From an uncultured bacterium (GTDB lineage Bacteria; Verrucomicrobiota; Kiritimatiellia; RFP12; UBA1067), in assembly GCA_902801025.1 (NCBI GenBank), contig CADCGZ010000012.1, positions 29,830 through 93,829 on the forward strand: a DNA stretch of 64,000 bases. Direction: 5' to 3'. The notes under the pieces were generated by a model that was not told the origin of the DNA, made no database searches, and saw only the letters and a list, made by a program, of their open reading frames with translations. A program made the translations under genes and the position numbers. Positions 46,152 through 56,655 of this stretch are shown in pieces. The first letter of the stretch is position 1. The number at the start of each line of letters is the position of its first letter.

Positions 46152-47932
46152 TTCCGCTCCTCCAAGATTACAGAACGCCATTCACCGTCATCGTTGAACG
46201 ACACCGAGAAACCGCTTCGCGCCCCACGCTCGCGCATTCCCTCGAGCCCGAAATGCCCGGGGCCGCCGGCGCTCGCCTCAGGGTCGAAGGCACGGCCGTC
46301 GTTCTCGATCGACACGCGAAAACCGCCGTTCTCGCCCTTCCCGCAAGTGACACGCACGTTCACCGCCTTGCCGTGGCGCACGGCGTTCGTTACGGCCTCC
46401 TGCACGACGGCCATTACGTCGCCCTTGACCCCGGTCGGAATGCCGCCTGAAAGCGGCTCGAGGCGAGACTCCATCGCGACGGCGCGCGACGCAGAGATGC
46501 GACGCGCATAGAGCGCAAGAATCTCGTCGAGGCGCATCGTCAGTATCTCGTCGTTGCGGAGATTGTGGATTGCGTTCCCCACTTCGATGCGCGAGAGGTC
46601 GAGCATCTCGCAGGCGGCCGTCAGCGCCTCCTTCTGCTCTGGCGGCAGCGAAGACTCGACAGCGACGACGTTGCGCAGGAGAAGCTGGGTTCCCGCGATA
46701 TACTGCGAAATGCTGTCGTGAAGTTCCGCGGCGATGCGACGGCGCTCGTCGGCAACCGCGAGGTCCCTGATGCGCTTGCGACGGCGCTCGAGGAGAAGCC
46801 AGAAAAACGCCACCAGGAGAGGCACCGACATGACTATCGCGGCCGTGCGGAGAAAGGCCGTCGCCCCGGCGACCCATCTGTTCCACCCCGGAAGCAGGTG
46901 GATCGACTCGTCGCCTATCGCCTCAAGCACCGGGGCAAGCTCGATTCCCGACGAGCTGACATACGGCATCATCACGCCGTCAATGTATACCATCTCGCCT
47001 GCAAATTGTTGAATGGCCTCTTCGCTAAGGCCGTGGACGCGCAGGGGCCCCTCGTCCGTCTCGAGGACAAGCTCCGGCATCTTGTGTTCGAACGCCGCAA
47101 TCATCTTGAGCTCGCCGACGATTCCCTCAAACCGCACACGGGTATTGGACTTCTTGCCGTCGACGGCATCGCGAAGCCGCGTCAGCGGCGGCGGCGGCAG
47201 TTCCGCCTGGCCGATCTTCGTGATGCGCGCGGCGGTGACGCCCTGACGCACGATGAGGGGGTCTACGTAGCCGATCACTTCGACAATGTCCCCGACGCGC
47301 AGCCGATCGTAGCCGACGCGCACGGACTTCGGCACTTCGGGCATCGCACCAGACATGTACATTCCAATTCCGTTGGGATCGCGTTCATCCACAAGGACTG
47401 CCGTGTCGTTGATGAATGCGTGCGCAAACGCAACGACGCCGGTCACGACGCAGGGCGGCTTGTAGCGTATTGCGACGCGGTCGATCGACATGATCTCCGC
47501 GATGGTCGTCGGCCTTGGCATGACCTTGAGCTCCACAAGATCACCCGCCGTCGGAAGAAAGGAATTCTCGTCGACCGTCTCGACAACAAGCTCGTTCTCG
47601 CCAACGCGCATGAACGGCGTGATATCGCAAATGTAGGGCGGGGACGACAAGGTGCAGACGCTCTTGTCGTTCAGCACTACCTCGAACGAACCGCCGGCAC
47701 CGGCGAAGTTGATGCCGTACCTCGTGCCGGGGCGGTTGTGCATTTCGAACTTCGCGGACATTGAATGCTCCGCGCCATCCTCGGCTTCGAAGTCTCCCGA
47801 GGCGAACACAATCGGCCTCGCGTAACGGCTGTTGGCGTATTTCGGCTCGACTTCAAGCGGATCGGTCAGAGCCACCGCAAAAACGGTGACCACAGGAAAT
47901 GTCAATGCAATAATCGCCGCGCCGAGCTTCAT
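46148..47932 (-). CDS. Membrane sensor histidine kinase (HisKA_3)
   Basis: ERRRIAAELHD, QEAVTNAVRH, NDG and HFGLEGMRER motifs; signal peptide plus one TM helix. Confidence 0.92.
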   Translation of the reverse strand: MKLGAAIIALTFPVVTVFAVALTDPLEVEPKYANSRYARPIVFASGDFEAEDGAEHSMSAKFEMHNRPGTRYGINFAGAGGSFEVVLNDKSVCTLSSPPYICDITPFMRVGENELVVETVDENSFLPTAGDLVELKVMPRPTTIAEIMSIDRVAIRYKPPCVVTGVVAFAHAFINDTAVLVDERDPNGIGMYMSGAMPEVPKSVRVGYDRLRVGDIVEVIGYVDPLIVRQGVTAARITKIGQAELPPPPLTRLRDAVDGKKSNTRVRFEGIVGELKMIAAFEHKMPELVLETDEGPLRVHGLSEEAIQQFAGEMVYIDGVMMPYVSSSGIELAPVLEAIGDESIHLLPGWNRWVAGATAFLRTAAIVMSVPLLVAFFWLLLERRRKRIRDLAVADERRRIAAELHDSISQYIAGTQLLLRNVVAVESSLPPEQKEALTAACEMLDLSRIEVGNAIHNLRNDEILTMRLDEILALYARRISASRAVAMESRLEPLSGGIPTGVKGDVMAVVQEAVTNAVRHGKAVNVRVTCGKGENGGFRVSIENDGRAFDPEASAGGPGHFGLEGMRERGARSGFSVSFNDDGEWRSVILEERK

Positions 47933-47975
47933 GTGGATATTTTACCATATCCAAGCGGCAAATTGACACAGAGAC

Positions 47976-48584
47976 TCAAATCACATTCAGAGAGCGGATG
48001 CAGGGTATGAGAGTGTTTGCGAGAACTTCGGAATTCAACTGATGTCCGCCGGGGAAGGTCTGGGACATGCCAGGGTAGTGTTGTTCAAAAGCCTCCCTAG
48101 ACTCCGGGCCGACGAGCGTGTCGGCGTCCCCGAAGAGCCCGTGGCAGAGCATGCGGTCGTCATCGTCGATACCGTCGAACTGGCGCGATTCAAGTTCCTG
48201 AAAATGGGCAACCGTCTCCTTGGTGACATGGAACTCGGTTTCGCCGTCCTTGCGCTTGTTTAGCCACTTGTGCTTGCCGACGTAGAGAATGTCGTACTTC
48301 TTGGACGTCCAGAACGACGGGTTCACGCAGATGCGCGTAAAGCCGTGGAGCATCTGTGCGTACATCCCGCCCATAGAGGTGCCGATGACGAGATCTGGCA
48401 TTTCGTCGTAGGCAAGCGCCTCGAGCGTCTTCTCGGCGACAAGCGGATCGAGCGGGATGTCCGGCGCAACCACGACTGCCCGATGCGCCGGTTCCGCCCG
48501 CTCCCAGAACCACTTCCGCAGCAGCTCGACAGTCCCGCTCGCACCCGACGACGCAAAACCATGAAGATACAGAATCTTCTTCAT
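47976..48584 (-). CDS. YqiA/YcfP-family alpha/beta hydrolase (esterase)
   Basis: LYLHGFASS, GTSMGG, VNP and GGH motifs. Confidence 0.88.
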   Translation of the reverse strand: MKKILYLHGFASSGASGTVELLRKWFWERAEPAHRAVVVAPDIPLDPLVAEKTLEALAYDEMPDLVIGTSMGGMYAQMLHGFTRICVNPSFWTSKKYDILYVGKHKWLNKRKDGETEFHVTKETVAHFQELESRQFDGIDDDDRMLCHGLFGDADTLVGPESREAFEQHYPGMSQTFPGGHQLNSEVLANTLIPCIRSLNVI

Positions 48585-49558
48585 CAGCGGCGGTAGTACC
48601 TGACCCAGTCGATCTTCATCTCCATCGGGAACTTCGCGGCGGGGATGACCTTGCCCGTCTTCTCGTCCTTCGTGTCTTCGTCCACGACCTTGTTGCCGTA
48701 GCCGCCGAGCGCAATGTTCATGATGATGAACATGGGCTTGCGGAATGGATTCTGACCGTCGGGCCAGTCGCTGCGCGAGAGGTTGATGTCGGCGTAGAGC
48801 TTGCCGTCATAGAACATGTACAGGCGATCCTCGTACCAGTCGAGCGTGTACGTGTGGAATCCGTTCCACGGCTCCATCCCGGGCTTGTTCGCCCTGATTT
48901 CGCCACCGCCCGTCACCTTGTGGTGCTCGTTGGCCTTGTAGTTCTTCTCGCCCGGCTTCGGCCCGCGGTCGGCGGAATGCAGACACGCCGCGACGCGCGT
49001 CGGGTTGTTGCCCCATATCTCGACGAGGTCGATCTCGCCGCACGCGGGCCAGTTGAGGTACTTCGGGTCGTCCTTCGGCAGACGAAGATTGTCGCCGAGG
49101 AACCAGAGCGCCGGCCACGCGCCCCATCCGCCCGGCATCTGCGCGCGGAACTCGACGCGTCCGTAGTGGAACGTCCGCACCGACTGGAGGTCCGCCGAGG
49201 TGTATTTCGCAAACTCCTGCTGGCGGTACCATCCGCCGAGGTGGCGGTCCTTGTAGAGCGGATTCGGCCACTGCTCCTTCCGCGCCGTGATGGTGAGAAC
49301 GCCGTCCTTCACGCAGCAGTTCTCGACGCGATTGGAGGTGTAGTACTGCGGCTCCTGGTTGCGCAGGAACCCGACCTCGGGCTTCCAGTTCGCGGCGTCC
49401 GGCGCCGTGCCCTTCCCGTCGAACTCGTCGCTCCATTCAAGCTTCCATCCATCGGACGAGTAGCTCCGCCTCGGATCCTTCTTGGGGTCTTTAGCATCTG
49501 CGGCAACAGCCGCGAGAGCGCACGAAAGCACCGCCAATGCAGTCATCGCCTTTTTCAT
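48584..49558 (-). CDS. Secreted glycoside hydrolase family 16 (laminarinase-like)
   Basis: WSDEFDG, WPALW, GEIDLVE and IDWVRYY motifs. Confidence 0.93.
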   Translation of the reverse strand: MKKAMTALAVLSCALAAVAADAKDPKKDPRRSYSSDGWKLEWSDEFDGKGTAPDAANWKPEVGFLRNQEPQYYTSNRVENCCVKDGVLTITARKEQWPNPLYKDRHLGGWYRQQEFAKYTSADLQSVRTFHYGRVEFRAQMPGGWGAWPALWFLGDNLRLPKDDPKYLNWPACGEIDLVEIWGNNPTRVAACLHSADRGPKPGEKNYKANEHHKVTGGGEIRANKPGMEPWNGFHTYTLDWYEDRLYMFYDGKLYADINLSRSDWPDGQNPFRKPMFIIMNIALGGYGNKVVDEDTKDEKTGKVIPAAKFPMEMKIDWVRYYRR

Positions 49559-49581
49559 CGTCCCTGCTACCTGCCTGCGAA

Positions 49582-52500
49582 TTATCTCACAATAACCATA
49601 AACGAAACACCCTTCACGACAAGTTCACCGCCTGCGCCTTCGGCCGTGTCCACGAGATAGTCGCCGAGCGACCCCTCGCCGATTGCGACATCCGACCCCG
49701 CCGCGTATGTGCCGGGCGAGAGCTTAACGCCGTTGATCTTCGCGGACTTGACGGTGAGCGTATGGCCAAACAGGTCAAGCTGCCCGGTCGAGTCGATTTC
49801 GACGGAGTTCATCGCAAACTTGCCCTCGGCGTCTGCCGCCGTCACCTGGCCTTTTGCCTGCTGCTTGATCACAAGACTGGCCTTCTTGAAGTCTGCAACA
49901 TCATCAGCTTCATAGCCTGTCGCGCAGATAGGCGTGTATGTCGTGCAGGTCACGCCGTTGTCGTCGAGGACGATGGTGCCGCGCCCCTCGCCGTCTGCGG
50001 CGGTCTGAATGTAGACGGAGCCGCAAGAGCCGACGCTGTTGGCTCCCATCGTGGCGCAGTTGATGGCGCCGTCGAAGTCGTCCAAGGTCGCCCCGGCACC
50101 CGTCAGGCGGATTGCGATGCGGCCGCCCGGCTGGCCGTTCTTGATGGCGCCGGCCGTGATCGTTCCGGTGCCGACGAGCCTCCCGGCGGAGATGTCGATG
50201 GAGCCGCCGGCGCTCTGGGAGACGATGCCGTCGCCGCCCTCATAGCCTGTCGACGTCACAGTGCCGCCGAGCATGAATGTCCCGGAGACCGAGAGCTCGA
50301 CCGCGCCGCCGGGGATGATGTGCCCGTAGCTGTTCGACTGGCCGTGGGGAAGCGTGCGGGGATGGAACACCGAGCCGATAGTCTTCATCGTGTTCGAGCG
50401 GCGCCCGCCGTGCGCCCCCTGCGGGTAGTCAGCGGGCACGCCGTTGCTGTCCTGCATGGCGCCGGCCTTGTTGACGTTGACCGAGCAGCCGGACGGGATA
50501 GTCAGATTGCCGTTCACGCTGCACTGGATCTTGTCGAGCTTGTCAGGATAAGCGTTGTTGGCGATCTTTTGCGTGTATTTCCCGCCGAAGCCGATCGCGG
50601 CGCCGTCCGCGAGCGAGACGTTCGCGTTGAACACGTAGTTCGAAATCGGGGCGAAATACCAGTGGCCGGCAAGCGAGACACTGGCGGCGGAGCCGAAATC
50701 GAGCGTTCCGCCTCGGTAGATGAACCCGGACGGCGTTCCGGTGCCTGTGCTGTTGGCCGGGGCCGTCACGCAGTCCCAGCCGGGGAGCGTGAGGGTCGTT
50801 CCGCAGGGAACGGACAACTGCACCCCTCCTCCCAGCTCGAGACGGTCGAAGGTCCAGTCGCCTTCGGCCGTGACATCAGTCCGGCGTCCCGATGCGTCTT
50901 CGGCGAATGTTAGGTCGAAATTCCGCACGATGAGGACGCCGTTCGCCATCGTGCCGTCCTTGACATAGACCGTGCCGCACCCGCCGTATGTCGAGCTTTG
51001 CCCGTTGTTGTTGTTGAACGGATAGACCGTTGCCTTGAGCTGGAGTGTCGTGTAGTCAATAGGGGTTGTTGATGTTGCAATGACGGCAACACGACCTCCG
51101 ACACCGCGTTTGTTCTGGTCACCCGTCTTCAGCGCGCTCGCGGAGATCGTGCCGGTGCCGGTGACGGAGGCGCCGCGGACATAGACGGAGCCCGCCGCCG
51201 CGCCGCCGCGGAGCGTGTAGCCGCGGTTCCATGTGTCGGACCCAGTGTCGGCTCCGATATAGCCGTTCACGACGATGGCACCGGTCGACGTGAGATAGAT
51301 GGCGCCGCCGCCGATGCCGACGGTGTAGGTGCCGCTATCCCGCTTGTAGGGCATGCCGATGTGGATTGGCTCCTTGACGTCGTCGTAGGGGGCCTGACCG
51401 GAATCGGAGAGACGTCCGCCGTGGGAGGGCTCGGGCGACGTGTGGCTGCCGGTGTTGGAGTGGTAGTAGCCCTTGTTGAGGGCGTCGATCCGGCCGTCCG
51501 GTCCGACGACGATCGACCCCGCATCAATGCGGACGCGGTAGGTCTCGTTGTCGAGGAGGTCCTGTAGGTAATCCGTCGCACTCTGGCTCTGCGTCCGAGA
51601 CTGCGGGTGGGTGATGGTGCCGCTCATGACCGCCATCGGCCCGGTGACCGTCAGGCACTGGAAGTTCCCCTTGCCGGGATAAACCGTTTTCAATGTTATC
51701 ACACCAGAGTAGTCATTCGTCTGCGTCCATGAGGCAACGGTCGCAGATGCGGCAGCGTCCCACTCGCAGTTCGCCGAAGAAAAGCGTCCATCGAAGAGGA
51801 CGTGTTCGGAGTCGGTCGGCGGGTGGCCAGCGGACCAGTTGTTGCTGACGGACGCGAGGCCAGCCGCAGATGCGACCCACGTGTTGAAGCCCGTGGGGGC
51901 GTTCAGGTTCGCGATCGTCATCGTCGCCGTGCCGGCAGATGCCGAGATGCCGTAAAGTCCGACCGCGAGAGAAAGCTCAACCGACACGTTCTCCGTAACG
52001 GTCGGGTCGTTTAGCGGAGTCACGACGACATCGACGTACGTCTCGCCCGCAGGAATCGTCGCCGTGCCGGAAAGCGCCGCGTAGGTCTGCCCGGCCGTGG
52101 CGGTGCCGCCGACCGTGTAGGAGACGACGAGATCGTGCGCCGTGTCGGCGCGCGAGATGCGGAACATGCCCGGGACAAGGCCGTTCTCGGCGGCGTCGGA
52201 GACTTTTTCGACCGTCAGCTCGCCGTTGTAGAAGGCGCCGCCCGCCTTGACGACCTCGGTGCCGTTCGCGTTCTTTCCGTAGGCGGAGAATGCGTAGGTC
52301 GTGTCCGCCGCCAGGTTCGCCGGCGTGTCCGTGTATGTGCCGGGCGTGGCGGCGGTCGCGACGATGTTGGTGACAGGCGCTGCGCCGCCCTCGTAGATCA
52401 CGCCGACGTCGCCATTGTAGGCGGAGAGGACGACCGTGACCGTAGTCGAGCCGTTCGCGTTTCGCACGGCGGTCGGCGTCTCGAAGACCTGCGCCGTCGC

Positions 52501-53598
52501 ATCCACGGTCTCAATCGCGCCGGCGTCGAAGAACGCCGCATCGGCCATCGTCGCGTATTCGAGCGCAGTCTCCGCCGCGCTCGCAGCGCCGGCGCGGACG
52601 CGGTATTCGTCGGAGCAGCCGTCCTTGCCGCAGATCAGGAAGACCTTGCTGCTCGCCTTGACCTTGTAGGATACCGATTTGGCTGCGCTCGTGGAGCCGT
52701 TCATGTAGACCTTCACCGTCGAACCGTCCGAAACGAGGTGGAAGTAGTTCCAGTTCGCCGAGACATCCGGAATGGTGAAGTTGTTCGACCCTGTGAGAAC
52801 GAGGTTCGCCTTGGTCTTGCCTTCGGACATTTCGACATACCATCCCTTGTCGGTGTTCCATGTCAGATTGTCCTTCTTCGATACGAAGGAGTGGTATTGT
52901 TTTGTCCCTCCCGCGTAGCTCGGTGCCTTGAACCAGCCGGAGACGCTGAACTGCGCTACGTTGGAGAGACGCGAATCGTAGTCCGGCGCGTTGATTTTCT
53001 CGGTGCATTGGAGAGTGTCGCCGCCGAACGGGCCGGCGTAGGTCGAAATCGTACCCGTCGTCGTGCCGTCGAGCGAGTGTCCGGTCGCGTCGGCGACGGT
53101 CGTCGTGCCGGCGGCCGAGGCGGGGAAGTGCCACACGCCGACGTAGTTCGACCAGACGACGGTCGGGTCGTTGTCGACGTTCGCCTGACCGCCAAAGAAA
53201 ACGGTGAGCGCCGTCGCGGACGAGAGCGACGGGACCTTGACCCAGACGAGCGTCGTGCCGGCCGGGTCAAAGGACTCGACCTCGAACGCAAGCGGGGCTT
53301 CGCTCTCATCCTCAAAGTAAAGGTCTGTGCCATCCGCGGCCTGCAATTGAGACGACACCGCAGCAGGAAGCCGCACAAGAACCGGGAAGTCCGTCCATGC
53401 CGTTTCGCCTATCTTTGCAAGCGCGGTGGACGAGGGGGTGAAGGCAATCTTCTTTTCGAAGTCGGTGCCTTGGACCGTGGCGCGCGCAGACGGCGCGACG
53501 AGCGCGCACGCGAACAACACCGCTACGAGCGGGAGCACTCCGCGCGCGAAACGCGATTTTAGAATCGAACCTGGACCTTCGGTATGAGTATGTTTCAT
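49582..53598 (-). CDS. Large secreted protein (DUF2341-like, concanavalin/LamG-like, Calx-beta-like and Gly-rich regions)
   Basis: DFPVLVRL...LAFEVESFD...VWVKVP, YVGVWH, SYTVGGTAT...LSGTATIPAG; ends GVSFMVIVR. Start MKHTH after AAGGAG. Confidence 0.8.
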   Translation of the reverse strand: MKHTHTEGPGSILKSRFARGVLPLVAVLFACALVAPSARATVQGTDFEKKIAFTPSSTALAKIGETAWTDFPVLVRLPAAVSSQLQAADGTDLYFEDESEAPLAFEVESFDPAGTTLVWVKVPSLSSATALTVFFGGQANVDNDPTVVWSNYVGVWHFPASAAGTTTVADATGHSLDGTTTGTISTYAGPFGGDTLQCTEKINAPDYDSRLSNVAQFSVSGWFKAPSYAGGTKQYHSFVSKKDNLTWNTDKGWYVEMSEGKTKANLVLTGSNNFTIPDVSANWNYFHLVSDGSTVKVYMNGSTSAAKSVSYKVKASSKVFLICGKDGCSDEYRVRAGAASAAETALEYATMADAAFFDAGAIETVDATAQVFETPTAVRNANGSTTVTVVLSAYNGDVGVIYEGGAAPVTNIVATAATPGTYTDTPANLAADTTYAFSAYGKNANGTEVVKAGGAFYNGELTVEKVSDAAENGLVPGMFRISRADTAHDLVVSYTVGGTATAGQTYAALSGTATIPAGETYVDVVVTPLNDPTVTENVSVELSLAVGLYGISASAGTATMTIANLNAPTGFNTWVASAAGLASVSNNWSAGHPPTDSEHVLFDGRFSSANCEWDAAASATVASWTQTNDYSGVITLKTVYPGKGNFQCLTVTGPMAVMSGTITHPQSRTQSQSATDYLQDLLDNETYRVRIDAGSIVVGPDGRIDALNKGYYHSNTGSHTSPEPSHGGRLSDSGQAPYDDVKEPIHIGMPYKRDSGTYTVGIGGGAIYLTSTGAIVVNGYIGADTGSDTWNRGYTLRGGAAAGSVYVRGASVTGTGTISASALKTGDQNKRGVGGRVAVIATSTTPIDYTTLQLKATVYPFNNNNGQSSTYGGCGTVYVKDGTMANGVLIVRNFDLTFAEDASGRRTDVTAEGDWTFDRLELGGGVQLSVPCGTTLTLPGWDCVTAPANSTGTGTPSGFIYRGGTLDFGSAASVSLAGHWYFAPISNYVFNANVSLADGAAIGFGGKYTQKIANNAYPDKLDKIQCSVNGNLTIPSGCSVNVNKAGAMQDSNGVPADYPQGAHGGRRSNTMKTIGSVFHPRTLPHGQSNSYGHIIPGGAVELSVSGTFMLGGTVTSTGYEGGDGIVSQSAGGSIDISAGRLVGTGTITAGAIKNGQPGGRIAIRLTGAGATLDDFDGAINCATMGANSVGSCGSVYIQTAADGEGRGTIVLDDNGVTCTTYTPICATGYEADDVADFKKASLVIKQQAKGQVTAADAEGKFAMNSVEIDSTGQLDLFGHTLTVKSAKINGVKLSPGTYAAGSDVAIGEGSLGDYLVDTAEGAGGELVVKGVSFMVIVR

Positions 53599-53820
53599 TG
53601 CCTTCGCTCCTTGATGCATCGTTTCGTCTCTGGCGACATTCTACCGTCTCGGGAAAACATCGCCAATGACCTGAACCATCGTTCGCCGACATTCTACCAA
53701 AAGCGGGGAGGGATTGGAATATACGAAAGTATATGTCGGGTTGGAAAGTTGAAAATTGAAAGTTGTGGGGCGGAGCGGGACGTTCCACCTCCTTGCACTC
53801 ACTGCACAATCAACGAAAGC

Positions 53821-55083
53821 CTATCGCTCGTCTATAAGGACGCGTAGCGCAAGCGCGATGTCGCGTCCGAACGTGCGGCACTTCTCCGGCGTCACCACGG
53901 CTCCGTTGGCGTTGGCGAACGGGAACTCCATCGCGCGGCAGACCTTAGGTTCCTTCACATTGTGGCAGGCCCATATCACCGACGACCAGCCCTGCGCAAA
54001 GTTTACGCCCTTGTTCCACGCCTTCCCGAACGGCAGGTCATTCGCCGCCTTGTACCGGAGAGCCCCAGACTGAATCTTTTCGAGAATCTCGGAGAAGCGA
54101 TCCTCCTGCGCGGTCGGCGGCGTGATCTTAGGATCCTTCCGAGTTGCGTACACGAACTCGTTGTAGTCGCCGCGTATCCACGGACAATGCAGGTCGATGA
54201 ACGCGTCGAGTCTCCCCTGCGCGTGCTCGCCGATCCACTCCGTCAGCGCCTTTGTCTCGGGATAGATGAACTCCGAGTAGTCCCGGTTGTGGTCGTGGGG
54301 CTTGCGGTTCTTGCCCTGGTCACCGGCCTGCACGCCGTCGTAGTCCACGAACGGAACGCCCATGAGCTCCACGTTTGCGCGCAGCCACGCGCCGAGATCG
54401 TCATCGGCGAGGAACGCGTCAACGATCCCCTCGAACACCCAGCTCGCCGTCGTCTCGGAGCAGTGGTGGCGCGCCGTGAACATGAACCTGTGCTTCGGCT
54501 CACCACTAAGACACCCCGCTCGCACGCGCGGCACCTCCGCCCCGGCGCGCGACCTGCACAACGTCTCGACGGCAAAGACCCCTTTCGCCGCGTCCGCCGC
54601 ATGCCGTGCGACGAACGCATCCCAGTCCGCGCGCACATACGGATGGCATTCGTAGAAGAGCGTCTCGTTCTCATCCGGCGCAAACGTATAGGTGAAGCCG
54701 CATGTCGTCGCCTTGCCGTCGAGCGGATACGAGAACGTCTTTCCGCCGTCTGTAGACACGACCGGCCCCCTCACGCCGACGATGTCGAGCGCCGTTCCGT
54801 CCGGCTTGCGGAAGTCAAAGCGGACGGTCCTGCCGGCCGCACCCTTCACGCGGAACGCCCAGTAGAACCATTCGCCCTTCGTGTCGCGCAGATCCTGGCG
54901 GATGCTCACCGTGTCGCCCTCAATCGAGTTGACAATCGCGTTTCCAGCTGGAATCTCCGTATCAATGGTGAAACCGGGCACAGCGGCACCGCATATCGAT
55001 ACTGCGCCGAACGCGACAAGCAGGAACATTCCGCGCGCCAAGCGCGATTTCAGAATCGAACCGGAACCTTCGACATGTTTCAT
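53821..55083 (-). CDS. Secreted M14-family zinc carboxypeptidase-like protein
   Basis: WFYWAFRV N-domain, ARHHCSE (HxxE), DHNRDY and IDLH motifs. Confidence 0.8.
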   Translation of the reverse strand: MKHVEGSGSILKSRLARGMFLLVAFGAVSICGAAVPGFTIDTEIPAGNAIVNSIEGDTVSIRQDLRDTKGEWFYWAFRVKGAAGRTVRFDFRKPDGTALDIVGVRGPVVSTDGGKTFSYPLDGKATTCGFTYTFAPDENETLFYECHPYVRADWDAFVARHAADAAKGVFAVETLCRSRAGAEVPRVRAGCLSGEPKHRFMFTARHHCSETTASWVFEGIVDAFLADDDLGAWLRANVELMGVPFVDYDGVQAGDQGKNRKPHDHNRDYSEFIYPETKALTEWIGEHAQGRLDAFIDLHCPWIRGDYNEFVYATRKDPKITPPTAQEDRFSEILEKIQSGALRYKAANDLPFGKAWNKGVNFAQGWSSVIWACHNVKEPKVCRAMEFPFANANGAVVTPEKCRTFGRDIALALRVLIDER

Positions 55084-55209
55084 TTCAATCCCCCTTAATG
55101 CATCGTTTCGTTTTTGGCGGTATTATAGGCACTACTATTCAGTGCCTCGTGCTCGATACGCCGATGCTCGTCTGCAACCGCTCTGCGATAGAGCTCGGCC
55201 GCTGACTCG

Positions 55210-56640
55210 TCAGAACGCGAAGTCGATCTGCCAGCGGAAGAAGTAGCCGGGCTTGTCGGTGTCGTAGTAGTCGCCCGGATTGAATAGCTCGGCTATGACA
55301 TGCCCGTAGATCTCGAAGCGCTCGCCCTTGTCCCTGGCGGGCGTCCAGATCGGGAACGTGTAGAGGGCGCGGGAAAAAAGCCCCTTGAAGCGGCCATTGC
55401 CGCCGCCGACACCGTCGCGATCTGCCGCGAAGACAGGTCCCGTGGAGACTACGACCTTGTGGCGAGGCGCGAACTCCACGCCGCCCCAGAGCTTGAGGTA
55501 GTGCTGGTTCGACCACCAGCCGACGCCATTGTGCGTTCCGTAGAGGTACATCTCCGACTCGATCGCGTCGCGGCCCCACATCGGGTCCCACTTGCCGCTC
55601 ATGTATCGGTAGTACGCGCCGCAGAGGGGCTTCCAGCCATCGCGCGAGCTCTTCCAGTCGATTCCGGCGAAACCGCTCCACTCGCCGCACCTCTGGTACA
55701 TCAAGTCGAAATCGGCTTTGACCGTCTCGGAAAGCCGCGGCTGGACGCGCGCGCCTAAGAGATCCGTGCGACGGCTCTTCTGAGGCAACTGCGTCTCGCG
55801 CAGGCGCTTGGTAACGGCGAACACCTGGTATTCAAGCCACTCCACGGGCTTCTGCCCCCACACGACGCCCGCGCCCCAGTCGTCCTGGTTGCCCGAGCCG
55901 TCGGGGAAGCGCGACGAGAGCGAGGAGAGGCGATGGCGGTCGTCGCCGATGCGGAAGTCGCTCGCCGAGTCGAAGTTGTAGAGTCCGAAGACATCGAGCG
56001 TCGATGTCTCGTTCACGTGGAACCTGACGGACGCCATGTCGGTGTAGAGCGTACGCGACCCGTCGCCCGGAGTGCCGTCGACGAAGATGCGGTCAAGCCC
56101 GCAGAGCCCGCGCAGGTTCTGGCGACCAACCTTCAAGTCGAGGAAGCCGTCAAACACGTCCTTTCCTTCGAGATAAAGATTGTCGAGGACGATTTCACCC
56201 GGCCACGCAGTCGTGCGGTTCGCAGGGCGGCTGTTCCAGCGGAACTCGTCTGCGAGACGGCCATAGAGCGTCCAGAGGCCGGCCGAGCCCGCATCCCCCT
56301 TCACCTCTGCCCACACGCGCGGACGGAAGCGGATGTGGTTGCGATAGCCCGATTCGCGAAAACGAAACGCGCGGAAGCCGCCGTACGGGTTGCCCGGAAC
56401 ATGGTCCATTATCTCCTGGCGAATGCGAAGGTCCGCGCCCGCGTTGAAGCTGAGTCCCGAATCATCGGATTCCTGAACAACGGCTTCAGGTGCAGTCGCT
56501 GCCGGGATGGCGACTTCCGAAGCAGTAGGTTCCGAAGCAGTGGCTTTCGGGGCAGCGGGCTCTTGATCGGCCGCCGCGCAGTGAGAGAAAAGCGCGAGCG
56601 CGGCGCTCGCAAAGCAAATGCCGCGGAAGGGAATCGTCAT
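55210..56640 (-). CDS. Outer-membrane beta-barrel protein (alginate-export-like)
   Basis: Signal peptide, DLRIRQE, LKVGRQ and a C-terminal FRWQIDFAF beta-signal. Confidence 0.7.
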   Translation of the reverse strand: MTIPFRGICFASAALALFSHCAAADQEPAAPKATASEPTASEVAIPAATAPEAVVQESDDSGLSFNAGADLRIRQEIMDHVPGNPYGGFRAFRFRESGYRNHIRFRPRVWAEVKGDAGSAGLWTLYGRLADEFRWNSRPANRTTAWPGEIVLDNLYLEGKDVFDGFLDLKVGRQNLRGLCGLDRIFVDGTPGDGSRTLYTDMASVRFHVNETSTLDVFGLYNFDSASDFRIGDDRHRLSSLSSRFPDGSGNQDDWGAGVVWGQKPVEWLEYQVFAVTKRLRETQLPQKSRRTDLLGARVQPRLSETVKADFDLMYQRCGEWSGFAGIDWKSSRDGWKPLCGAYYRYMSGKWDPMWGRDAIESEMYLYGTHNGVGWWSNQHYLKLWGGVEFAPRHKVVVSTGPVFAADRDGVGGGNGRFKGLFSRALYTFPIWTPARDKGERFEIYGHVIAELFNPGDYYDTDKPGYFFRWQIDFAF

Positions 56641-56655
56641 CGGGATGTTCCTTTC

